Assembly (NCBI GenBank): GCA_024704765.1 | Contig: JAKMXF010000011.1 | Location: forward strand, 186,001 to 250,000 | Length of the DNA: 64,000 bases | Reading direction: 5' to 3' | Origin: Oopsacas minuta | Taxonomy: Eukaryota > Animalia > Porifera | In this document: positions 53,608-64,000 of the stretch, piece by piece | Layout of the letters: every line of letters starts with the position of its first letter | Numbering within the stretch: the stretch's first letter is position 1 | The notes under the pieces: model-generated | Databases searched by the model: none | What the model was told of the DNA's origin: nothing | Seen by the model: only the letters and a program-made list of their open reading frames with translations | Position numbers and translations under genes: made by a program

Positions 53608-55328
53608 TAGGGCATTAGACGATCCTCAAACAAATGATCTAGATCCTGATCCCAATCCTGGCTGAATTTATGATCGCGTCCCTGGTTCTAATCCTTTACG
53701 ATCCTCTAATTGATAATCCATTTTCGAAATACAGTTGAATATTATGAATGGTATAGCTGGATTGCTGGACTTTGCGACTATAACTTACGATATGATTATC
53801 TATTTAAGCATACATACATTTGCGGTACATCATTGAAAAAAATGAAACCCTGTATATTTAAGTGATTTTATGTAAGTGTGTGAGTAGGGGCGTAGATCCG
53901 TGATTTTTCTGGGGGATGGAGAATTTAAAACTAGCACTTTTCTACATATGACAAATATGAATATGCCATAATCGTAGTCATTAAACTTCCTAACTCGACA
54001 AAAAGATAGACAATAACAAAAACAGCTAAGAACATAGATCATAGTATACATAATATACTTTATACTTGGTAGTGTGAAAAGAACCAATTGATTTAATATA
54101 TCTAGATTACAGTATAAATTATTCGAAGAGACTCTACGAGTGCGAATTATTAATAAGCACGATAGAGGTTTTTACAAGTATACATTTAACCGGATTATAA
54201 CCAGGGTTGTTTGATCAAAATCCGAGTTTTATCAAAATATCTTATTAAAATTCAATACTTTGATGTTTTCATTATTATCTCAAGCTGATTATGTCCATTC
54301 TGATATTATTATGTATACCTATCGAAAATCTATTCATTTGTACAGTCAGGATCGCTTAGTGTGAACCCCTTCATAATGACTTGGCTTATTACAAATCTTA
54401 TGTAAGCGGAAGAATTGGAACCTGAGGAGGTTGTTCATAATGAACAAATGTTCATATTAAGCCGGATGGTTCAGTGAGCTGTCATACAAAATCCGATTAA
54501 AATAAAAAAATCTAATTAAATTCAAAAAATCCGATTTCTTTGATATTTTTAAAAATCATGATTTTATCAATCCTGATTTTATAACATATATTTCAATGAG
54601 TAGATAGGGAATGACATCTCAGATTAATATCTTTGAAAACATACTCGAGAACAGTGAAATTTGAATATAACAAGAGGATAATCTGCTGAAACTCAAAAGA
54701 TTTGAGAGCAAAATTAATGTAGACGGTGTCTCAAAAGTTAAAATGTAGGGGGATGATTACATAGAGCATCCCCCCAGGCTCATAAGTGGGGGGGGATATA
54801 TCCCCCATCCCCCCCGGGATCTACGCCCCTGTATGTGAGTCACTATTCTATACCTAAATATTGTTAGGATATAGTACAACTTCGATTCTCCATAGTGCCA
54901 AAACAGACATTCCTAACGGTGATTTCCAGTCAAATGTAGTAAGTATACACGAAGGTAATAAATTGAAATCCCACATTATTTACAACCTGAGAAATACATA
55001 AAGTTAAAACAACTGATAAGTACGAAAAAAAGATTTCGACTGTGGGTTATTATTCCAATCTTCCTTTGGAGAGCGGATCATTGAGCAAATTTAATAGAAG
55101 TGTGGATTGAATTGAGAGTTTAAAGTTAATAAAAATTTATGCTCGTTAGTCAGTCTGAAGTAACAATATAGCACTATTCCCTGTAGGTATTTGGAAGAAT
55201 CGGGATCTTATCAGAAAATCATCAATCCGATCCCGACCACTAACTTACTGTTCAAATGAATCGACGGACCTCAAGAAGGATTTAGATCCGGTACGCACGA
55301 GGTTTGATTGAAAGATCCTAATGCCCTA
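53608..55328. mobile_element. Non-autonomous hAT element with GATCC-rich subtermini
   Basis: TIRs TAGGGCATTAG/CTAATGCCCTA; flanks cgtaatgg/cgtatttg match 6/8. Confidence 0.75.
53885..54831. mobile_element. Non-autonomous hAT element (947 bp) nested in 53608-55328
   Basis: TIRs TAGGGGCGTAGATCC/GGATCTACGCCCCTG; flanks tgtgtgag/tatgtgag match 7/8. Confidence 0.85.
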
Positions 55329-55370
55329 CGTATTTGGACAGGTTAACAAAAATAGACAATAAGAAAGAAC

Positions 55371-55573
55371 CTTGGGTCTGTTGTAAATCCAATCTGATTA
55401 TCAACCACAATGTGAATCGTTCCCTTTGTAGTATAATTTACCAGGGATGATAGGTTAAAAGTTTCATATACGACACCTTGCCCAGAAAATGCTGCATCTC
55501 CATGCAAAAGAATAGACATCACTCTTTTACCATCTTTATCGCCAAGATAAAATTGTTCTGCACAAGTCTTTCC
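55371..55573 (-). CDS. OGDH: 2-oxoglutarate dehydrogenase E1 exon (first in window; ThDP/Mg-binding region)
   Basis: Bounded by tgtag|GGA and AG|gttc. The 203 nt translate as [67 protein letters not shown](R), matching the OGDH HGDAAF..GQG and [10 protein letters not shown] motifs. Not in the supplied ORF track. Confidence 0.96.
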
Positions 55574-55868
55574 CTACATGAATTAGATATTCAAGATAAA
55601 TAGGCAAATAATGTTGAAAGTAGGCAAGACTGTTAAAGATAATATCAAACAACATTGTGTTAATTTAAGTGCAATTGCTTTGAGGAATGATACATACTCA
55701 TATAATTTCTAATAGGCACAGCAGTCAATATGTTCTGACCCTGCCCATATGCACCAAAAGTGTCATTATTGCCAGGTTCAGCCTGAGTATATGTTTTAAA
55801 GGATTCCATCATCAAAAAGGACTGAACAGGCATAGACTATCAAGCGCGCCACACCCTTGCGAAAAGTG

Positions 55869-58200
55869 CACAGTTGCTCAAAATTGGCGGATTAAGTATC
55901 TAGGTGTGTGCTAGCTCTGCATAATCTATTATTTTCAAATGGGTTATCGACCCAAACTAGTCGGTTAAAAATATCAGATTATATATATGGCTTTAAATTT
56001 ACTGGAATGACGTCATACCATATATGGTCAATTTTATTTTTGGGATTTTTAAGTGATAAGAATTAAATTATGTATATTATGTTCCTGTATTACTTAAATA
56101 TGTTGATATATGAACAATTACTAATTGATATACACTAAATTAAGAGTTTGAGTTAAGTATTAACGCTTCAATCATTATATCTTGTTCTTATTGTAGATTG
56201 TTTTATTTCGATCCTCTGAAATTTTGCGATATTGGGCAAGGATAGGATCACTCTGAATCAAGAGTCTTACGAAGATGTCACCTACAATGTCTTCAAAAGA
56301 ACATTAACGAGCAAATTTCTCCCTATATCTTATTGCATATTTGTATTCGGATTTCAGGCATTCTTCAGATAATGTCTTTAATCCGAAACCGTCATAGAAA
56401 TCACTGATTAATTCTATAGAATGTTAAGTAATTTATGAAGAGACGGTGTTATGTTTGCTCAAGGAAATTTGCTAAGCATATCCTCGTAGGTATCTTTGCA
56501 AATGGTGGAGAGTTTATTAGTGTCTATCCTTTTTTTGAGAATTATAGACCACAATATTGTTTGTATAAATAGAGCTAATAGCAAGTCGGTCCACTTCAAT
56601 TATCGTGGGTATAGCACAAGTAATAAAGTCTTTTTCATAGAGAAAATATTTTGTTGTTATATTACCAGTGCTAGTGGTACCGCCATCACTGCATCGATAG
56701 TCTATTTGAAACCCAGTCTTCTTAAGCAAGAGAGTACGCATTCGAGCATAGAAGTTTTAACTTGATACTGTGAAGGCATCCAAATGATATTTTAATAGCA
56801 TAAATCAGCGCAAGACACACAAATAACTATGAAGAGGGAGCGTAGATAAGATATTCTTGTCAGAAGCTGGTGGATGTGTCAGGCCAAACCTCAATTCAGA
56901 GTATAATTTGAAATACTCTTCTTGATCTACATCTAGAAAGATTTGTTTCGCATCATCAATGGTCCGGTTTATGCAGAAACCAGATTTAACTAGATGTATA
57001 ACTTTTCAATTGATCTCTCGCTGCAGTGCAGAGTCAGCAATCCAGCTTCACCTAAGATTCCAGACATCTTCCTAAAACATTAACCTTATAAATATTAACG
57101 TTAACTTTTCCTTGAAGCAATTCTATTCTTAAACTCTCTAGTTTTCTAGTTTCTGCATTGACATTTCTTCCATAGTGTATTTTACGTTGTCATAGTTTTC
57201 TTTCTGACAAATTATAGTTACTGGCCTTAATGCAAAAGGTGAATTTACAGATGGAATTGACCCAAGGCGATCACTGTGTTTGTTTGAAATTGATATAGCT
57301 TTACAAGCAAAGAGAATGAAGGATTTTGTACTTAGATTGGGATTACTTTGTATCTGATTATAAATTCTGTGACAGCCAGATCCATCCAAAACATCTGCAA
57401 GTTTGAGAGTTAGAGGAAATTGACTGGAATCTACTGGTTTAATAGTTTGTAGGATACGCTCAGTTGTCTTTTGGATTAGTTGATAGTATGATATGCCAGC
57501 TACAATGGAAAATCCAAGCTCCTCACGAACAATCTTTATTTCATTGACGAGTGAATATCAGAACAAGACTGGTAATATTCTTAAATCCAGGTAGTATACA
57601 TTGCTCGGAAAGACATAAAGAGAAATTTTGTATATTTTCTCTTTCCAATTTCCATGAAATCTAAAATATAGGCTGCAATAGTCAATGGAATTCTCTTCTT
57701 AAATTTAAAATGTTCCTTTCGTAACGATTTCTTTTGATACTTTCGAAGTATAAAGATGACAACTATCATTAGATGCTAAATACAGCAAAGAGGCGGTAAT
57801 TGTTTTGGAAAAACATCCTCATGATCAACAACAAAGAGATTATCAAATAATTTGGAGCTTTTTCTGACAGTTTGGAGGTAAGCTGATGTAGTGGTTTCCT
57901 CTTTTCACATGTATCTTCAATAAATATATTTGTAATGTGTAAAAATTCAGTGTAAACTACCGATCCACGTTTCTTGGGGTGTTGCTCCTTTACCGCTGGG
58001 TTGTAAAACAAGATACTCTCCTATGTGACAAGGCCCTTAATCTTCACGAAACTCTTTCTAGAATCCTTCAGTGTTGAAAATTTAGGCCTAATACCTCCAC
58101 ATTATTTTCAGAAGCCCCACCAATTGGCAATATGGAACGAGCTGCCTGTCTAATATTCTCATCAAATAACATCAAAATCCTCCATGCGTATTTGTTAACC
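55869..58200 (-). pseudogene. Transib/RAG1-like full-length degenerate copy (T7)
   Basis: Fragments: IRPKFSTLKDSRKSF, EKRKPLHQLTSK, ILDFMEIGKRKYT, DGSGCHRIYNQ, LPLHSYLCV, DGGTTSTGN, DIFVRLLIQSDPIL. A candidate 3' terminus CACAGTTGCTCAAAA lies at 55869. Confidence 0.85.
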
Positions 58201-61200
58201 ATTTGATAATGGTTTATGCTTTCAATTCGACAATGATAAATTTGATTTATTTAATTGGTTGTGTTATTTATAATCGACGGGAGATGAAAATTTTTATCAG
58301 ATATTGAAAGGAAAGCAGGATATTTGGTTGAAACTTGATCATTTTACATAAATATTTCAATATGTATCCTTGGAATGCACTGATTTTCAGGATATTAGTC
58401 GTTCTAGAATCTAGATAATAGTCAATGGTATTTTCAATTACATTAGTGCATTCCAACCTTCGGGTAGCTAGATAACAAATACAATATTAGTTTCAAAATT
58501 CGTCTAGAACGGGACTTTTGTCCGAAAAATACATTCGCATTTTTCGTTGGTGTTATGGTCACGGCCGCTATATTTGCTACCTTGTATTTAGTAAAACTTT
58601 GAAGACAAATATCTTCTCTAACTGTTTCAATCATAAAACCATGACGGGGCATCTTTAATGCTGGGGCCCTGCGCGATAGCGGTGTCGAGGTAGAGGGCAG
58701 TTTTAGCACTGCTTGAATGTATTTCTTTTATGTCAGTGACATTTTTGGTGGCACACTTACTAATCTATGAGATATATAGATGTACCATGAAAACATATTG
58801 AGAAACACTGCGCAATTAGTTAATAAGGTGAACCATATGAATATTTTATTTCAGTTTTAGTTTGAAAATTTTGTTACGACAGTATACAGAGAGTCCATTT
58901 CTTATTCCACAAATTTAGAATCTTTGTCCATTACACGGGAAATTCAAATTCCAGGAGTCTTGAGAATAATAATATACAATGGAAGGAAATATGGTATTGT
59001 AATGAATGGTATACCTCTGAATCCTATTAGATAAATTGAGCTTCAACAGGATTTTAGATAACGCCCCCTACTGCCAAACTTTACACCTATGTATATACCT
59101 GTAATAGTTCCAAAGGGAAGCCAGTTTTTGGATTAAAATGATTGCCGTACGTTACTACCCAAAAATTCTCAACTTCAAAACTCAACTCAAACGCATCAAA
59201 GTAATTGAAATACTTGAAACAAATTCAGATGCAGCTTCCTGCTATTTTGATGAGCTTAATGTGAAATTTGAAAGAAGAATCTAAAATGTTTATAATTCCC
59301 CCAACTTTGTGCGCCGTCTAAATGTAAAATAACCGAATGGAGCGTCTGTTAACTATAATCTTGAACTGCTTAAATCAAATCATTAGGAATTTACTAGGAT
59401 TTTCGTTTTCTTTTCATGAAAAAACTTCGCTGATTTTCAAACGCCAAACTCAATTCAGTATTTACCAAAAATTCTGCTCTTTCAATATATAATATACGTA
59501 TAGTAAATTACGTACTTCTCGAATTGATGTTATTAATCCTTGGATTAGCTCTGTCGCATGTTCTACTGTTACAGGTTGAATTGCACGGATGACATTATCA
59601 AGATAGCAAAGAACACTGTTCCAAACTGCTAAAAACGAAACAAATCGTTATCTATTTGAAAAACCAGGGAATTTACTGTGTAAGTGTCGGGATGTCTGTC
59701 TTGTGAGAATTCCTGCTATTATCTAATTACTTGTAACAACAGGGTGTCCAATACTCGTATTGCAATCGCCTTTGATGGCCACCTAGTGTCTGTATTATGC
59801 TTAAGTGTGAATTTTAAGTAGTTCATCAATGTGATATAATCTTCAACTGAGCAAGAGAAAAAGTGAACACAGACCGATTCAACAATACCAAAAATGTAAT
59901 AATTTCAGGTGAAACAGCAGCTGCAAAAACACAACTCAAGTTAGGCGTGATACACATGACCCATAAGTGGAGAAGTTATCCTCATAAAATAGGCGAGCAT
60001 ACCTAAATACTTGCCTCACATTTTTGAGCCGTTGTCATAACCTTGGCCTCGACCGTCCATTATGTCAAGGTCATCTTTCTACGGTTACAATAGAGATCAG
60101 ACATCCCATCCACATTAATAAATCTAGCATAGATGTTTTTAATGACCTGCAAGTAGTTAATGAATTTATGATGCACCAAAAGAGGGTGTCATCAAATTTT
60201 AGGCTAATTTTATTTATAACAATTTGTATATACAGGGCCGGCGCCACCCTAGGTGTCATGAGTGCGCAGACACCCACTGCCACGAAACACCTTGAAATAT
60301 CCTACATGGTAAGGGCTGTTTAGGTACCCACAATTCATTATCAAGGACAACCACAAGGTTTAATAGGGCTGATCCGGCACTGCAATAAGATTCACCTTAT
60401 TCTACTTAGTTTGGGTAATAACAATGCACGCAGAAGTACAGAGTTGAAAGTTTTCTTTATGGGTATTTTACCTATTTCAGACTTTAGTTTCTCTTTGGAT
60501 AAATTACATTTTACAGACTTTATCTGCCGTATTTATATCTCTGTTAATATACCTCCTCTGAACTTTGCCCTACGAGGCCAATTCTCCTTACAATTTTCTT
60601 CATTTGGTAAATAACTAAACCCTTACTATCACTTTATAATTTTTCATTTTAGAATTAGTGCAAATGAATGCAAAATATGTTGTTTCGAATGGTTTTCAAT
60701 CTTAAATTTTATATGACTTAATCTACGCATCATGAGGCAGAATATATATGTATTATAGTTAAACGATCTATTGACTGGATGTTTGATTTGCTACTATCCA
60801 ACAACTCTCTAGACAGCCTAAATGTTGATTATATTAAAGGCAATACTAGTGCTATGAATTATATCCCAACCGTAACCCAATTTAACTCTAGTTACCCGTA
60901 TTTCTCTCTGAGAACTAACATAGAATTTACATACAATATATTTTAGAAATGTGACAAGTCTCTAGTACGATGGTCAGATCTAATCTCCTCTGTTACAAGA
61001 ATCAGACTGGCATGGTAGTCTGAGTGTTGCAGATAAGTACGTAATAAAGTATAGGTTGTGTACAAGACTGTGTTTTTCTGATGAGAACCAGTAGCATCCA
61101 AATGTAACACAATACAGTCAGTGTCTCTTATTATGAACCCGCTTATAATGAACATTATATGTTATGGATCCAGTCGGTGGTCCCAATAAAATCATTCTCA

Positions 61201-62117
61201 TAGAATTTTATTAAATCAAGTTGGCTTAAAATAAAGTCTCTTTATGAAAATAAGACTTTTGTCCCGTGTGGTGGCACAACAAGCGACCATGACAGTAGTA
61301 GCTATATTTAACAACTTCAATAAGTAGCTATTATGTGGTATATATTTATATAATAAACGGTTCCTAACGAAATATTGTGCATACCCAGGAATTGTCTTCG
61401 CATTTAATACATTACCATAGTATTCCTAGATATAGAAATATCAGTGATAACATCATTTGAAACCCTGTTAGATTACTTAATTTCAAACTTAATCCCATCT
61501 TATGCAATCTTGGGTCTTAAGATGAGAATAATTACTACTAAATATTTCCAAAACGGTCTTATTACAAACAAATTGTTCATGAAACAATTTCAAATTCCTG
61601 ATGCATGTCGATGTCGTGCATATTTCGATGTTCATATTCCTCATCAATAATCGGAATATCTACATTTTCAGGAAGTGGGAGCAATTCTGAGGCTACTTTT
61701 GTGTGAATAATCGTAATAACTAAACAATCTATATAAATAATCTCAATAGTTCAACACCTTTACTGGAAAACTGTTCTTTATGTCTTTTACCCAATGAACA
61801 AATTCACTTATTTGATCGCTGGCCAAGTTTAACAAATGCTTGTAAAAAGGTATTTCAACAGACATACTTTAAATTTTGTTTTGAACCAACAAAGTTAGCA
61901 ATACTGTTGTCCGTCCAAGAATTACATAGTCAAACTCTCCAATGAATTTTAGAACAAATGAGTGACACTGATTGAAATTTACGATGATTTTGATTTCCCA
62001 AATCGTTTCAATACAATTAGCCTTATATAAGCATGAACATTACAGCTATCAACAAATACTTGAACCTAGCTACTATTATAATAGTAAAATAATTGGGTAT
62101 TACCAGTAGTGCTATTG

Positions 62118-64000
62118 CACAGTGGGCTACTAGGATGCATTAGGCCAAATTATTACCTTCATTTATACTATTTTGAATTATGAATTAGTTCTAGATATAT
62201 TCAGTGAAAAATTTGTAAAGTATCAGATCAAATAGTTAAGTATTTCCATTTATGTGGTCAATCAAATGTCGGACTTAATTGCTGTATTCTAAGTTTATAC
62301 ATCAATTATATAAATGACAGAAGCAATTTCAGTAATCTGTTTAATTTATGATGCATACAATTGTTCATTTACATGCTTTCCAAGCAAAGTGAGTGCGCTA
62401 AATTTGAATATATCATTTATTTTCTTCAAAAACGAAAAGATTAATCAGATACAGTAGAGTTCGTCTATTAGCAATTTCCCTATTAACAAGATTTTGAAGT
62501 GCAAGGTATAGGGATTTATGTATAAACAAGTTCGCATATTAGCAAGATTCACATATTAGCAAGTTATTTAGGCTCACAATGCCCCAAATTGCATAAAACA
62601 TGTTCCCTTAGAAGCAAGTTCGCTTATAAGCAGGTTTTCTTATAGAAACAGGACTTTTAATAAGTAACCTTTAGTTCGTTGATAAGCAAGAAGAAGTTGC
62701 TACGAAGAACTTGCTAATACCCGTACTTTTAGTTCATCTATTAGCAAGAACTTGCCATAATGAGATCATTCTGTAGTATAGTAGTAAAGCTCATTAACAT
62801 TCTTCGATTTAGAGGAAATTGTGGTTGCTTTTGAATTAAGTAGGAAGCTTTCTCGTAAGTATTACATTCACTGTATGTATAAATTTATATGGTTTCTGTA
62901 TACAAGTAGGCTTTCAAAAAGTTATCTTATGTTTGTCTATAAGTGTACTACAATATCATTATACGTATTATATTATCTCATACACGTATGTACGTGTACA
63001 TACAGCAATAGTATTTACCAAATTGCTCTCCTCTTGTATATTGTAGCTGTAAAACAATTTGGTTTTAAAGGCATCGCAAATATCGCTTGGAAATCTATAA
63101 CGGAGAATCGATACTAACCCTCAGTAACATAGTTTCACCAGAAAAATCAACATTCTTTGCATATCAACTTAAGCTGGGGAAAGGAAAAAGGAGAGATCTT
63201 AAATATTATCTCCAATCAGAAGGCCTCGTTTTGGAAACTTGGGAAAAACTTGGAAAAAAATTAGTGAAATTAGAAAGTCAATTCTTCCAACATGTAAGTG
63301 GTATCAAAAATGTACTATAGGGGTCTATATATCTTACTAATCAAATGTCATTTCCCTCTTTGACCGGTTGTTAAAATAATGTGCCCTAAATTTTCCTACA
63401 CCACACTTCTATCCATTAACACTCAAAATCAAGCATTCGCTGGATAGTTCTGGATCTGATTCCTCTCTTGGGTTATGGTCAGACTTGAATATATACCGAT
63501 CAAATTATATTGTCTTCACGATTTCACCTATTCAGGTAATAGATAGATTCAGGAATGTTCTGTGGAAAAATAGGCAACCTAACTCGTGATTTTCAAACCA
63601 ACCAGTGGCACATATTTGCCAAAAGGATACTATTGACACTGTTCTAGATTTGAGCAAGATACAAAACCCTGAAATTGTTTCATTTAATGAGAATGGTTTT
63701 GATCACCTAAATGGCAATGTCAAAGTAGAAGTCCAAGCTTCAATGTTTGATGGCAAAACCTTAGAAACGATGACAGGTAAAGGAGGAGCGCCATGTACTG
63801 CCTGCAAAGCAACCCGAAGTGATATAAATAGTATTATGAAAGTTGTTTGAGGTTTTCCTTTGGATCGTTCGATAGAGGATAGCAAAGAGACAATCCGTCA
63901 GTTAACATCTGATGGAAAAGAGCTAATGAGCTACAATACAAAGCAACGGTGTGGGATTACACACGAACCTGCAAGTAGCACTGATGTATTTCCTGCAGCG
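62118..64000 (+). mobile_element. Transib/RAG1-like copy (T8), diverged subfamily, runs off the window end
   Basis: Candidate 5' terminus CACAGTGGGC at 62118. Fragments: QLKLGKGKRRDLK, NVKVEVQASMFDGK..GKGGAPCTAC, GFPLDRSIE, QRCGITHEP. Confidence 0.85.
62451..62780. repeat. Degenerate pogo-type MITE with tattagcaag internal repeats, inside T8
   Basis: Starts ta-cagtagagttcgtctattagcaa and repeats (t)attagcaag/ataagcaag several times. The right end is poorly conserved. Confidence 0.5.

Noticed and set aside
58443-58709. 88-aa ORF as the missing upstream OGDH exon
   Set aside because: No similarity to the expected ANPSHLEA region, and it overlaps a GC-rich hAT-like terminus.
60070-60150. Exon-like acceptor ttgcag|GTCATT on the minus strand
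   Set aside because: The frame stops within about 30 codons and does not resemble OGDH.
1-64000. A RAG2-like (kelch/PHD) partner gene
   Set aside because: No kelch-repeat or PHD pattern was seen in any frame near any Transib/RAG1-like copy. A partner outside the window cannot be excluded.
1-64000. rRNA, tRNA or prokaryotic operon/defence system
   Set aside because: None was recognised. Spliceosomal introns and eukaryotic TE families explain the window.

Overview
This is AT-rich eukaryotic genomic DNA, probably from an invertebrate animal; the species cannot be named from the sequence. The only host gene I can support is OGDH (2-oxoglutarate dehydrogenase E1) on the minus strand. It has four GT-AG exons in the window (55573-55371, 52954-52832, 50113-49941, 14167-13931) that splice into one continuous 245-codon frame. 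One intron is 35.8 kb, and the flanking introns appear to run off both window ends. The introns are packed with DNA transposons: four mariner and two Tc1-like elements, at least six hAT copies plus hAT/pogo-type MITEs, one THAP/P-element relic and one LINE relic. Several of these are nested up to three levels deep. The most interesting signal is a Transib/RAG1-superfamily transposon family present as about eight diverged copies. The best copy (626-2976) has a Transib-type DDE core and an RSS-heptamer terminus (CACTGTG). It also has an N-terminal segment resembling the RAG1 nonamer-binding domain and a C-terminal CxxCxxxGH motif like the RAG1L tail, but no RAG2-like ORF is visible. All family assignments come from motifs recognised by eye; no searches were run.
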